From contig JAIRMN010000063.1 in NCBI GenBank assembly GCA_031258715.1, forward strand, positions 1-53,505: a DNA stretch of 53,505 bases. The letters are read 5' to 3'. This document shows, in pieces, positions 19,305 to 29,384 of the stretch (positions are counted from its first letter, which is position 1; each line of letters starts with the position of its first letter). The translations under genes and the position numbers were made by a program. The DNA comes from Zoogloeaceae bacterium (GTDB lineage Bacteria > Pseudomonadota > Gammaproteobacteria > Burkholderiales > Rhodocyclaceae). The notes under the pieces were generated by a model that was not told the DNA's origin, ran no database searches, and worked only from the letters and a program-made list of their open reading frames with translations.

Positions 19305-20087
19305 ATGATTCGTTCACTCTGGATTGCCCGCACCGGCCTCGACGCCCAGCAGACCAATATCGACGTCATCGCCAACAACCTCGCAAACGTCAGCACCGGC
19401 GGCTTCAAGAAATCCCGCGCCGTCTTCGAAGACCTGCTCTACCAGGTCATCCGCCAACCTGGCGCGCAATCCACGCAGCAGACGCAGATTTCCAACGGCC
19501 TGCAACTGGGTACGGGCGTGCAACCCGTCTCCACTGCCCGCATCTTCACCCAGGGCAACCCGCAATTCACTGGCAACTCGCTCGATGTCGCCATCAGCGG
19601 CCACGGCTTCCTGCAAATCCTGCTCCCGGACGGCACCACCGCCTACACCCGCAACGGCTCCTTCCAGAAGGACAACCAGGGCAACATCATCACGCCCGAC
19701 GGCTATCCGCTGCAACCGAACATCAACATCCCGGAGAACGCGCTGGCCGTAAGCATCGGCACGGATGGCGTCGTCACCATCACCCAAACGGGCAGCACAC
19801 AACCGGTGCAGATCGGCGCGATCCAACTGGCCACCTTCATCAATCCCGGCGGCCTGCTCTCGATGGGCAGCAACCTCTTCCTGGAAACCGGCTCCTCCGG
19901 CGCGCCCACGCCCAACACACCCGGACAGAACGGCGCGGGCATACTGGAACAAAACTACGTCGAAACCTCCAACGTCGACGTCGCCGAAGAACTGGTGAGC
20001 ATGATCGAAGCCCAACGCGCCTACGAACTCAACTCCAAGGTCGTCTCCACTTCCGATCAAATGCTGGCCAGGCTGACGCAGATGTAA
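19305..20087 (+). CDS. flgG: Flagellar basal-body rod protein FlgG
   Basis: [33 protein letters not shown]. Confidence 0.97.
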   Translation: MIRSLWIARTGLDAQQTNIDVIANNLANVSTGGFKKSRAVFEDLLYQVIRQPGAQSTQQTQISNGLQLGTGVQPVSTARIFTQGNPQFTGNSLDVAISGHGFLQILLPDGTTAYTRNGSFQKDNQGNIITPDGYPLQPNINIPENALAVSIGTDGVVTITQTGSTQPVQIGAIQLATFINPGGLLSMGSNLFLETGSSGAPTPNTPGQNGAGILEQNYVETSNVDVAEELVSMIEAQRAYELNSKVVSTSDQMLARLTQM

Positions 20088-20169
20088 CATCAGGAGTCAG
20101 GAATCAGGAACCAGAGAACCCCGCGCCCCGCCATTCTTCGGCGCGAATCGACTTGAGACGCGCCCACCC

Positions 20170-20517
20170 CGTCAAAAGCGAGGAACGAAGCGACGAAGCA
20201 ATCCAATGTGACCTTGCCCCGTAAGGACGGACGCCAGAAGGCACGAAGTCGAATGGCGTGTTCGAGCCTCCTTGCGTAGTCTTTGGGCGACAGGTATCCA
20301 GGCGCGGGGCGCGAGCGCGCCGGATCGATATGGATGTAGTTGGCGATAGCGGGGCGGGCAGCGGCCCTGGAGCCGTAGACGCCTGCGGCTTCCTCGTTTC
20401 TGAGCGTGGCGAAGAAGCTCTCGGTCATCTGGATTGCTTCGTCGCTTCGCTTTTCGCAATGACGGGGTTGGGAGTGTGCCACGGGGGTTCTGGTCGCGCC
20501 GCTCCTCGCAATGACGA
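20170..20517. repeat. Family A palindromic arms enclosing the IS3 remnant
   Basis: Forward arm 20170-20205, reverse arm 20429-20465, extra partial arm to 20517. Confidence 0.75.
20207..20428 (-). pseudogene. IS3-family transposase 3' remnant with right end
   Basis: TESFFATLRNEE...YGSRAAA...IANYI...GYLSPKDY matches the IS3 OrfB C-terminus; the end TGACCTTGCCCCGTAAGGACGGAC resembles IS3-family terminal repeats. Confidence 0.75.
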
Positions 20518-20625
20518 GGTGGGCGCGTTTCAGGGTGCGCTACGTTGGAGAGTGGCGAAGGCGGAGCGTATCAGGTCGCGCCGCGCTTTTGACGGCGCGG
20601 AGAAGCAGATGATCCGATCCTTGCC

Positions 20626-21255
20626 TCAGGGGATGAGCGCAGGGTTGAGCGTATATATGCCAGTCAGTCTTGCTTCGGCCAGGATGTGTCCGCGCATGGC
20701 CTGGCGCGCAACGGCAGCCGTCAGGCGTTCGCTCGTGGGGAGGCTTGCCACGTCCAGCGCGTACAGCGTGAAAATATAACGATGGATGCGCGCGTCATTC
20801 CACGGCGGGCAGGGGCCGTCGTAGCCGTAGTAATCGCCGCGCATGTCGCGGTCGCTGTCAAACCAAGCGGTATAGTCATTGATGCCTTGGCGCGCGCCCA
20901 GAGCGGCGCTCGGCCCTGGCTTGCCGCGCGGCGTGACCGTGGCGGAAAACGCGCCCGCCGCGATTTCACGCAGGTCAAACGGCAGATCGATCAGCACCCA
21001 ATGAATGAATTCCACGCGCGACAAGTCAGCGGCCACCGTGCGTCCTTCCTGGTTCACGTCGTCGCCTTGGCTGGGCGCGTCCGGGTCATGACAGATGAGC
21101 GCGAAGCCTTTCGTCGCTTCAGGCGCGTCGCGCCAGGAAAGGTGCGGATTCCTGTTCTGGCTCAAGGTCACATGGTTGGCGGCGTCGGGAACGGCAAAGG
21201 CGAATTCTCCAGGAATAGGCCCGCCCTCCGCGAAACTCAGGCTGGAAAGTTTCAT
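20626..21255 (-). CDS. YbhB/YbcL family (PEBP/Raf kinase inhibitor-like) protein
   Basis: NPHLSW, ICHDPDAP, FIHWVL, YDGPCPPWND..HRYIFTLYALD. Confidence 0.93.
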   Translation of the reverse strand: MKLSSLSFAEGGPIPGEFAFAVPDAANHVTLSQNRNPHLSWRDAPEATKGFALICHDPDAPSQGDDVNQEGRTVAADLSRVEFIHWVLIDLPFDLREIAAGAFSATVTPRGKPGPSAALGARQGINDYTAWFDSDRDMRGDYYGYDGPCPPWNDARIHRYIFTLYALDVASLPTSERLTAAVARQAMRGHILAEARLTGIYTLNPALIP

Positions 21256-21271
21256 GCTTTCTCCTTTCAAA

Positions 21272-22906
21272 TCAATCGGACTCGGCAGCCCGGCGGCGGA
21301 AATCGGCCAGACGAAATCCAAGCGCCCATAGTGTAGCGAAATAAACGCCTGCGCTCGCCGCTACCAGCGCGCTCAAATGTAAAAGGCGCGTAAAAAGCGC
21401 GTATCGCAGCCAGTCCTGCGTATTTCCCATGCCAAAAAATAATACCGTGGACATGACCGCTAGGGCGCAAACCAGCTTTACCATGAATTTTCCCCAACCA
21501 GGCCGCGGCGCGTAAATCCCCTGGCGGCGCAAACCGCGATAGAGCAAAAGCGCATTCAGGCACGCCGCAAGACCGATGGACAAAGCCAGACCCGCGTGTC
21601 CAAGACGAATCTCCTGCCGGTGCCGGACAATATAACCCAAGGCGTCGATGGAAAAATCCAGATCGAAGGAAAACCACCCCAGTCCCAGCAAAAAACCCAG
21701 GTTCATCAGTTGCGTGGCCGCAAGGCTGACGAGCGCGATTTTCACCGGAGTGCGAATATTCTGCCGCGCGTAAAAGCCAGGCGCCAGCACTTTGATCAGG
21801 ATGATTCCGGTCAGCCCGAAACTGTAGGCCACCAAGGCCAGCCGCGTGGCCTCCACATCCTTTTCGGAAAACGCGCCATGAAAAAACAGCGTGGTGATGA
21901 GCGGCGCGGCAAGCATGGCAAGCCCCAGCGCGGCGGGCAAGGCCAGCAGCAGGGTCAGGCGCAGACCCCAGTCCAGCAGGGCGGCGTATTCGCGGCTGTC
22001 CGCGTTTGTGTGGTGCCGGGCAAGCGAAGGCAGCAGGATGGAACCCAGGGCGACGCCCAGAAGCCCGGCAGGGAATTCCATCAGGCGATCGGCGTAATAG
22101 AGCCACGAAACACTGCCCGCCGCCAGGAAGGAGGCAAAGAGCGTATTGATCAACAGGCTGACCTGGGAGACGGAAACGCCCAGCGCCGCCGGGGCCATCA
22201 GCCTGAGGATGCGCCGCACCCCGGCGTCTTTCCAGGCGCGGACGAGATGAAAGGAGGGCCGCGGCAACATGCCGATGCGAAACAAGGCCGGAATCTGCAA
22301 GGCCAGTTGCAACACCCCGCCAATGAACACTGCCCAAGCCAGCGCCAGCACCGGCGGATCGAAACAAGGCGCGGCAAAGAGCGCCATGCCGATGAAACTC
22401 AGGTTGAGCAGCACCGGCGTAAAAGCGGGAATGGCAAAGCGGCTCCAGGTGTTCAATATGCCCGCCGCCATTGCCGTCAGGGACATGAAGAAAATATAGG
22501 GAAAAGTGATGCGGGTCAGCGTGACGGTCAGCGCGAACTTGTCGTCATCGGCGGAAAATCCCGGCGCGGAAATCCACACCAGCGCGGGCGCGGCCAACAC
22601 GCCCAGGGCGGCGACCGCCAAAAGGACAAGGGAAAGCAGCGTGGCGGTGTTATCGAGCAGGACGCGCGTGCGCGCCGCCCCCTGGAGATTCCTGTATTCC
22701 CCTAAAATCGGCACGAAGGCCTGCGAAAACGCGCCTTCGGCAAACAAGCGCCGCAACAGGTTGGGAAGCTTGAACGCGACAAAAAAGGCATCGGTCAGGC
22801 TTCCCGCGCCAAAGGATCGGGCAATGACGAAATCCCGCGCGAATCCCAGTACGCGGGACAACAACGTCATGCCGCTCACCGTGACCAGGGCGCGCAGGAG
22901 ATTCAC
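21272..22906 (-). CDS. murJ: Lipid II flippase MurJ
   Basis: [42 protein letters not shown]. Confidence 0.97.
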   Translation of the reverse strand: MNLLRALVTVSGMTLLSRVLGFARDFVIARSFGAGSLTDAFFVAFKLPNLLRRLFAEGAFSQAFVPILGEYRNLQGAARTRVLLDNTATLLSLVLLAVAALGVLAAPALVWISAPGFSADDDKFALTVTLTRITFPYIFFMSLTAMAAGILNTWSRFAIPAFTPVLLNLSFIGMALFAAPCFDPPVLALAWAVFIGGVLQLALQIPALFRIGMLPRPSFHLVRAWKDAGVRRILRLMAPAALGVSVSQVSLLINTLFASFLAAGSVSWLYYADRLMEFPAGLLGVALGSILLPSLARHHTNADSREYAALLDWGLRLTLLLALPAALGLAMLAAPLITTLFFHGAFSEKDVEATRLALVAYSFGLTGIILIKVLAPGFYARQNIRTPVKIALVSLAATQLMNLGFLLGLGWFSFDLDFSIDALGYIVRHRQEIRLGHAGLALSIGLAACLNALLLYRGLRRQGIYAPRPGWGKFMVKLVCALAVMSTVLFFGMGNTQDWLRYALFTRLLHLSALVAASAGVYFATLWALGFRLADFRRRAAESD

Positions 22907-23003
22907 GATTCAGGCAACGGAAAAAACGAACGGCGGGAGCGAAAAAACCGCGCGTTCGCGCTTCGCGCCCCATGAAAAGACGGCATCTCCGGACATCCGG
23001 GCG

Positions 23004-23990
23004 TCATTTGTCCTCTGGCCCCGGATCGCGGGCGAGGAGCTGGGTGACGCCTTCACGTACACTGACCCGTCCGTCGAGCACCTCGGTGACGACCGTGGTG
23101 ATGGGCATCTCGATACCCAGGCGCGTGGCGAGGCGCAACGCCTCCCGCGCCGCAGGCACGCCTTCCGCGACATGCCCAAGCCCGGCCAACGCCTGCTCGA
23201 GCGGTAATCCGGCGGCAAGATCATGACCGACGCGCCGGTTTCTGGAAAGGTCGCCGGTACAGGTGAGAATCAAATCCCCCATGCCCGCCAGTCCCAGGAA
23301 GGTGTCCTTTTTCGCGCCCAGCGCAACACCCAGGCGAGCGATTTCGGCCAGGCCGCGCGTCATCAACGCGGCGCGGGCGTTCAGGCCGAGCTTCAGCCCA
23401 TCGCAGACGCCCGTGGCAATGGCCAGCACATTTTTCAACGCGCCGCCGACTTCCACGCCAACCAGGTCGTCGCTGGCGTAAATCCGCAACTGTCCGCCAT
23501 GCAGTCGGATCGCCATGTCGCGGGCAAAAGCGCCGTCCGTGGAAGCCAGCGCCAGAGCGGCGGGCAGCCCCGCCGCCACTTCCTGCGCGAAGCTGGGGCC
23601 GGAAAGCGCGCCGCCCGCCAAATGCGGCAAGGCTTCGGCAAAGACTTCATGCGGCAACTTGCCCGCGCCCGCCTCGAACCCTTTGCAGACCCAGAGCAGG
23701 GGAACGCACACCCGCAAGTCCGCCAACTGCCGCAGGACAGGACGCAACCCGACGATGGGCGTGGCGACGATGAGGATTTCCGCTTCCGTGATCGCCGAGG
23801 CCAGATCGTCTTCAAAATGCAAGGCTTCCGGCAGGATGAAGCCGGGCAGGAAGGCGCGGTTTTCCCTGTGCGCGCGCATGTCGGCGACCAGCGCCGCTTC
23901 CCGCGCCCAGAGGGTTACGCGATGCCGCGCCGCAAAAGCCGCCGCCAGCGCGGTGCCCCACGCCCCGGCAGCCAGCACGCTGATATTCAT
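23004..23990 (-). CDS. gpsA: NAD(P)H-dependent glycerol-3-phosphate dehydrogenase
   Basis: AGAWGTALA, SGPSFA, GALKNVLAIA, GDLILTCTGDLSRN. Confidence 0.97.
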   Translation of the reverse strand: MNISVLAAGAWGTALAAAFAARHRVTLWAREAALVADMRAHRENRAFLPGFILPEALHFEDDLASAITEAEILIVATPIVGLRPVLRQLADLRVCVPLLWVCKGFEAGAGKLPHEVFAEALPHLAGGALSGPSFAQEVAAGLPAALALASTDGAFARDMAIRLHGGQLRIYASDDLVGVEVGGALKNVLAIATGVCDGLKLGLNARAALMTRGLAEIARLGVALGAKKDTFLGLAGMGDLILTCTGDLSRNRRVGHDLAAGLPLEQALAGLGHVAEGVPAAREALRLATRLGIEMPITTVVTEVLDGRVSVREGVTQLLARDPGPEDK

Positions 23991-23996
23991 GACGCC

Positions 23997-24443
23997 CTAG
24001 AGTCCCCAGACCTGCATCATGCGGACAAAGCCACTGACGCCGTCCCGATGGCGCACCTTCACCCAGCCGGGAGGCGCGCCTTCCAGGAACTCCAGCGCCA
24101 CCCATTTGCTCGCCTGGAACGCCAGCGGCGCGTTCTCGCTGGCGGACTGGCGCACTTCCGCCTGATCCGCCGTCACCACCACCATGCGCCGCTTCGTCAG
24201 CGCTGGATTCGCTATCCAGGCGATGCCGCCTTCCGCGTCGCGCACCTTCGTCCAGTCCTTGATCTCCACCAGCACTTCCAGCGGCGTTCCCGTCCGGACC
24301 AGATAGAGCTTTTTCCCCTGGGCCGACGGCGTGTCATAAAGAATGGCGGCAACCGCCGAGACGGAACGATATTCCTGCGCTCCGGCGGAAACGCCCCAAA
24401 GCGCGGCCATCGCCAGCGCGACAACAGACAGGAAACGCGACAC
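23997..24443 (-). CDS. Exported bacterial SH3-domain protein
   Basis: Signal peptide, two SH3b-like repeats (WTKVRD, WVKVRHRDG); typical position between secB and gpsA. Confidence 0.85.
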   Translation of the reverse strand: MSRFLSVVALAMAALWGVSAGAQEYRSVSAVAAILYDTPSAQGKKLYLVRTGTPLEVLVEIKDWTKVRDAEGGIAWIANPALTKRRMVVVTADQAEVRQSASENAPLAFQASKWVALEFLEGAPPGWVKVRHRDGVSGFVRMMQVWGL

Positions 24444-24475
24444 GATAAATCCTCCTGAAAGGAAAAACGCAAAAC

Positions 24476-24976
24476 CTATTGCAGGACGGCGTCGGCAGGA
24501 CGGCCTTCCGCCTTCGCCTGACGTTCCCGCAGGCTCTGCCGATAGAGCGCCTCGAAATTAATGGGCTGCAACAATACGGGCGCAAACCCGGCGCGCACCG
24601 TGGCGTCGGAAATGGCTTCGCGCGCGTAGGGTTGCAGGATGTTGGGACAGGCCACCGCCAGCAACGGTTCGATTTCATTTTCCGGCACGTTCGCGATACG
24701 GAAGATGCCCGCTTGACTCACTTCCACCAGAAACACGGTCTTGTCGCCCAACTTGGCGGTCACGGTCACGGTCAGTGTGGCGTCGAACACGCCTTCGCCC
24801 AACGGCGTGGCGCTGTTGTTGACCTGGATGGAGACATCGGGCGCGCCGCGCTCCAGAAAAACCTGGGGCGCGTTCGGCACTTCCAGCGAAAAATCCCTGA
24901 CGTAGACCTTCTCGATCCCAAACGTCGGAACCTGCTGTTGGTCGGGCTGTGCCGACTGTGGCTTTTGTTCTTCCAT
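24476..24976 (-). CDS. secB: Protein-export chaperone SecB
   Basis: IEKVYVRDFSLEVPNAP, CPNILQPYARE, PINFEALY. Confidence 0.97.
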   Translation of the reverse strand: MEEQKPQSAQPDQQQVPTFGIEKVYVRDFSLEVPNAPQVFLERGAPDVSIQVNNSATPLGEGVFDATLTVTVTAKLGDKTVFLVEVSQAGIFRIANVPENEIEPLLAVACPNILQPYAREAISDATVRAGFAPVLLQPINFEALYRQSLRERQAKAEGRPADAVLQ

Positions 24977-25001
24977 GAAATCCGTTTCCTTCTTCAAAAA
25001 A

Positions 25002-25259
25002 TCAAGACCCCAGCATGGGGACGAGCTTGCCCGCGCGATCCAGCGCGTAAAGTTCTTCACAACCGCCGACATGGACGCCGTCGATATAAATCTGCGGCAC
25101 GGTGCGGCGTCCAGTTTCCTGTGTCATGCGCCCCATTTCCTCCGGTTGCAGATCGACGCGGATTTCCTCAATCTCGCGCACCCCGCGCAGGGACAACAAC
25201 CGCTTGGCGCGGATGCAGAAAGGACAGACCATCGTGGTATACATGCGGACATGACTCAT
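25002..25259 (-). CDS. grxC: Glutaredoxin 3
   Basis: CPFC active site, TVPQIYI, GGCEEL. Confidence 0.95.
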   Translation of the reverse strand: MSHVRMYTTMVCPFCIRAKRLLSLRGVREIEEIRVDLQPEEMGRMTQETGRRTVPQIYIDGVHVGGCEELYALDRAGKLVPMLGS

Positions 25260-25669
25260 ACCTTCTGTTCCCGCGTCATGGGCAATCCCGCGCGTTCCCA
25301 GGCCGGAACGCCGCCATCCAGACAGGCCAGGTCGGTAAAGCCCTGCTTTTTCAGGGTCACGCAAGCTCGCCCGGAACGTACGCCGGAAGAACATACCAGA
25401 ATCAACGGTTTTTCCTTGAAGGCCGCCAGCTCGGCGATGCGTCCGGCCAGCTCCTTCAGTGGAATGTTGCGCGCGCCCGGCAAATGCCCGCCCGCGAACT
25501 CATGCGCCTCGCGCACGTCGATTACCTCGGCGTTATCATGGTTGATGCGTTGCGTCGTCTGCTGCGCGCTCAACCGCTTCCCCGTTTGGAGAAGCCCCGG
25601 CCAGACCAGCATTAGGCCGCTGGCAATCGCAATGACAATGATAAGGATGTTGTTCTGGATGAATTCCAC
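25256..25669 (-). CDS. Rhodanese-like domain protein (YibN-like)
   Basis: IDVRE..EFAGGHLPGA, CSSGVRS, LDGGVPAW; GTG start. Confidence 0.92.
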   Translation of the reverse strand: MEFIQNNILIIVIAIASGLMLVWPGLLQTGKRLSAQQTTQRINHDNAEVIDVREAHEFAGGHLPGARNIPLKELAGRIAELAAFKEKPLILVCSSGVRSGRACVTLKKQGFTDLACLDGGVPAWERAGLPMTREQKV

Positions 25670-25779
25670 GGGCACTTGACGAAACTCCAACAAAAAATCA
25701 GACGCCTGCCCCAACACAAGGCGACAGAAGAATGGCGGCACATTATAAAGGACTTGCGCCATCCTTGCGGACAACAATC

Positions 25780-25920
25780 GGAAGACAGAAGGCGGAGGAT
25801 AGAAGACAGAAAAGTTACCGACGCTTTGCGCCGCGGGCCAGGTATCTGGACTGCTTCGTCGCTTCGCTCCTGAGAACGATGAGGTGGGAACGTTCCAGGT
25901 CGCGCCGCATAATGACGAGG
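25780..25920 (-). repeat. Family A repeat with heptamer tract
   Basis: AGTTACCGACGC...CTGGACTGCTTCGTCGCTTCGCTCCT preceded by GAAGACA-like units. Confidence 0.75.
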
Positions 25921-25994
25921 ACTGTACTGGGTTTTCTGATTCCTGTCTCCCGAACCCTGTCCCTGATCTGTCCTCAGTCCTTTGTCTTTTGCCC

Positions 25995-26756
25995 TCAATC
26001 CAGTTTCAGGGGGATCAGACGGGGTTTGCCGTTGGGGTCTTCCAGGGTGGCTTGCGCGGGGCCTTTGTTCAGTTCGGGCGGCACGCCGTTGGCGAAGGTA
26101 AGGTATGAACCGGCGATGGCGATGAGTTCCGCTTCGAAGCAGGTGGCGAATATCCGCGCCTGGGCGTCGCCGCTTGCGCCTGCCAGGGCGCGGCCACGCA
26201 GGGGGGCGTAAATGTGGATGTCGCCATCGGCAATGATCTCCGCGCCGGGATTGACGATGGCGGTGACGATCAAATCGCGGTCATGGGCATGGACGCGCTG
26301 GCCGGAACGCAGGGGACGATCCACCAGCAAGGCGCGGCGCGGCGCGGGGGCGGGCGGCTCCGGAGGCGGCAATTCAGGCTGCGCGGGCGGGGGCGCGGAT
26401 GCCGGCGCGCTCGCGGCGTGGCGGACATTGCCGACGGAAGCGTTGGGAAAGCGGGCAAGCCCCGCCTTGCGCGCGGACGCTTCGATTTCCGCCGTCGCGC
26501 CGCATACGCCGACGACACAGAGACCATGCCGGGCAAATAGGGAGAGAATCCCCTGCCAGTCGGGTTCCAGTTGCGGCGACGGGCAGATCATCCGCGCGAG
26601 GTTTAATACGCCCGCCTCGCCTTCGAAAAAGTCGTTTTCGCCAAACAGCGTCCGCGCGGCTTCCGCCAGCGTTTCGACGTGGAGGGTTTGCAGGTTGATC
26701 AGGATGACCGTGACCGTACTGCCTTTGAAGGCAATGGGCGATGAGGCGTCGTTCAT
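25995..26756 (-). CDS. minC: Septum site-determining protein MinC
   Basis: IAFKGS, RPLRSGQRV, GAEIIADGDIHIYAPLRGRALAGA, AELIAIAG. Confidence 0.95.
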   Translation of the reverse strand: MNDASSPIAFKGSTVTVILINLQTLHVETLAEAARTLFGENDFFEGEAGVLNLARMICPSPQLEPDWQGILSLFARHGLCVVGVCGATAEIEASARKAGLARFPNASVGNVRHAASAPASAPPPAQPELPPPEPPAPAPRRALLVDRPLRSGQRVHAHDRDLIVTAIVNPGAEIIADGDIHIYAPLRGRALAGASGDAQARIFATCFEAELIAIAGSYLTFANGVPPELNKGPAQATLEDPNGKPRLIPLKLD

Positions 26757-26862
26757 GGTAATGACGGAGAGAAACCAGATTGGGCGGACGCGCCCCAAAA
26801 GACAGGCCGTGCCGCGAAAGCCGACGCATTGTATAACAGAGGCGGTGAATCCGGGAACGGAA

Positions 26863-28305
26863 TCACGGGTCGCCGGACATGTCCGCCTCGTGTTCGAAGG
26901 CGGCGTCATCCATGCTCGAAAGGGCGTTGCGCAGCGCGTCGGCAAAGAGGTTGGCGCAGAGCACGAGGACGAGCATGAAGGTAAATGCCGTGGCGAGCGA
27001 CCACCAGACGGCAGGCTCGCGCGAAAGTTCCATGCGGGCGTTGTTGATCATGGAGCCAAAACTCATCATGGCGGGATCCACGCCAATGCCAATGTAGGAA
27101 AGCACTGCTTCCGTCAGCACCAGCGCGGAAAAATCCATCGCCAGGGCAATGATGACCAGGTGCATGAGATTGGGCAGCAGGTGGCGCGTGATGATGCGTC
27201 CGGAAGAAACGCCGAAGGCGCGCGCGGCCTGGATGTAGTCAAGCTCCCGGAGCTTCAGCGTCTCGCCGCGCAAAAGACGGGCGAGTCCCGTCCAACTGGT
27301 GACGCCCAGGATGAAACAGAGCGCGACGAGGCGCAGGTCGGCGCGTTCGGCGGCAGTGGAAAACCAGCCGGAATGCTTGTCGATGAACACCTGCATCATC
27401 AGCACGGCAGCGGCGATCAGGAGCACGCCGGGGATGGAATTGAGCACGGTGTATACATATTGTATGAGGTCGTCCGCCCAGCCGCGAAAATACCCGGCGA
27501 CGATGCCCAGGAAGATGGCCAGCGGCAGCATGACGAGCGTGGTCACCAGTCCGATCGCCAGCGCCGTGCGTATGCTTTTCAGCGCCTGATAGAGCACGTC
27601 CTGTCCCACCTTGTCCGTGCCGAAAACGTGATAATCGGCGGCGAGAAAGGCAATGGGCAGAGCCAGAAACAGAAAGGCGCCGAGCGCGTACAGGACGCCC
27701 CGCCAAGCAAAGCCGGAGCCGTTGGCAGGGACGCCCCCGGCAGGGACGCGATACCGCGCCAGCGCCATTTTCAGGAGGAAAAACAGGAGCGCGGCCAAAG
27801 CTATCCCTTGCAGGATGCTCGAAAAAATGTCGCGCAGATGCCCGGATTCGTCCGCGAGATGCGCGCCGCCATGCCTGAGGCGGGGATAATCCCTTGTCGC
27901 GCCGGTTTGTGTCTCCTCGGTTTCCATGACGTACAGCCGGATGGCAAGCGGCGCGGAATAGGTTTTTTCATGGTGTTCCCGCAGGCTGGAAAGCAGGGCG
28001 TCCAGGAGCGAGCGCACTTCGACGGCATAATGCGCCGTCCTCACCGCCGCGCCCGCCGCCGGATTCGATTCGAGACGCGGACGGTAGTGCAGGGAATCCA
28101 AGAGACCGATTAGCAGGAAGACGCACAGGATCGAAGCCGTTCCGGTGGCGACGGCGTTCCTGGAAAGACGCGCCCAGGCGCGCTGCAAATGTTCGACATG
28201 GGCGGAATAGACGCCAAGCCCGATGGCGACGAAAGTCAGGAGCCAGAGCAGCAGATCGGACCAGAGCAGGACAGGTTGAAAATTCATGACAGGTTGAAAA
28301 TTCAT
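26863..28305 (-). CDS. Peptide ABC transporter permease (OppC/DppC-like)
   Basis: FGTDKVGQDV, DYIQAARAFG EAA loop, HLLPN. Confidence 0.92.
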   Translation of the reverse strand: MNFQPVMNFQPVLLWSDLLLWLLTFVAIGLGVYSAHVEHLQRAWARLSRNAVATGTASILCVFLLIGLLDSLHYRPRLESNPAAGAAVRTAHYAVEVRSLLDALLSSLREHHEKTYSAPLAIRLYVMETEETQTGATRDYPRLRHGGAHLADESGHLRDIFSSILQGIALAALLFFLLKMALARYRVPAGGVPANGSGFAWRGVLYALGAFLFLALPIAFLAADYHVFGTDKVGQDVLYQALKSIRTALAIGLVTTLVMLPLAIFLGIVAGYFRGWADDLIQYVYTVLNSIPGVLLIAAAVLMMQVFIDKHSGWFSTAAERADLRLVALCFILGVTSWTGLARLLRGETLKLRELDYIQAARAFGVSSGRIITRHLLPNLMHLVIIALAMDFSALVLTEAVLSYIGIGVDPAMMSFGSMINNARMELSREPAVWWSLATAFTFMLVLVLCANLFADALRNALSSMDDAAFEHEADMSGDP

Positions 28306-29288
28306 TTTTGCCCGCCGAACTGGATGCGCGGATCGACCAGCGTGTAGGAAATGTCAGTCAGGATGAGACCGAGAATATAAAGCGCGGAACCGATGAAGAC
28401 CATCGATCGCACCACGGGAAAATCCTGCGCGTTGATGGCGTCGATGGTGTAGCTCCCCAGGCCGGGAATGCCAAAAAAGGATTCGGTGAGGAGCGAACCC
28501 ATGAACAACAGGGGAATCAGGGCGACGACGCCAGTCAGGATAGGGATCAGGGCGTTCCGGAGGATATGCCGAAAAAATACCAGAGTTTCCGGCAATCCCT
28601 TGGCGCGGGCGGTGCGCACATAATCCTTGTTCACTTCTTCCAGGAAGAAGGTGCGATACCAGCGGGTTGAGGCGCCCACGCCGCTCACGACGCCGATCAG
28701 GACGGGGAGGACGAGGAAGCGCCAGTTGTCCAGTCCCTCGCCGAAACCGGAAATCGGCACGAGCCGCCAAACCTTGGCGAACAGGTATTGTCCGCCGATG
28801 ATGTAAAAGAGACTGGAAATGGACATCAGCAACACACAGATCGCCACGCCCCAGAAATCCAGCGCCGTGGCGCGGAAAAAGGCGAGCAACAGGGCCAGGC
28901 AAACGGCGACGAAAAGCGTCAGGGCGAAAGTCGGCGCGGCGATGGCAAGCGACGGCCCCATGCGCGCGGAAATCTCGCGGGCGATGTCGCGTCCGTTTTC
29001 AGCGCGGCCAAAGTCGCCGATGAACATGCGCGCCGACTTTTGCGTAAAGATGGTGCGCGTGAGTTTTTCCGTTCCCGCGGCGTCGGCATTCCAGAAGAGC
29101 GGCAGGTCATAGCCGCGCTCGGTCTTCCATTTTTCGATGGCTTCCGCCGTCACATGCTTGACGCCCAGTTGCATCCGCGCCATGTCGTCCGGCGTATTGA
29201 CCATGAAGAACAGGGTAAAGGTCAAAAGATTGACGCCGATCAGGATCGGTATGGCATAGAGCAAACGGCGCAACAGGTAGGCCAGCAT
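28302..29288 (-). CDS. Peptide ABC transporter permease (OppB/DppB-like)
   Basis: YLLRRLLYAIP, DYVRTARAKGL, DISYTLVDPRI. Confidence 0.93.
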   Translation of the reverse strand: MLAYLLRRLLYAIPILIGVNLLTFTLFFMVNTPDDMARMQLGVKHVTAEAIEKWKTERGYDLPLFWNADAAGTEKLTRTIFTQKSARMFIGDFGRAENGRDIAREISARMGPSLAIAAPTFALTLFVAVCLALLLAFFRATALDFWGVAICVLLMSISSLFYIIGGQYLFAKVWRLVPISGFGEGLDNWRFLVLPVLIGVVSGVGASTRWYRTFFLEEVNKDYVRTARAKGLPETLVFFRHILRNALIPILTGVVALIPLLFMGSLLTESFFGIPGLGSYTIDAINAQDFPVVRSMVFIGSALYILGLILTDISYTLVDPRIQFGGQK

Positions 29289-29384
29289 GGAGAATCAGAA
29301 GACGCGGATCAAATGAGGTGAGTGAATTTTACTGTGTTGCCGGTTTTTCAGGATAGGTAGAATAGCGCGCTATCGTATTGGCGG

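Noticed and set aside
26212..28113. 633-aa plus-strand ORF and similar long antisense ORFs (46986-48839, 50484-52067, 37301-38644)
   Set aside because: They are shadow frames of well-supported opposite-strand genes, as expected in high-GC DNA.
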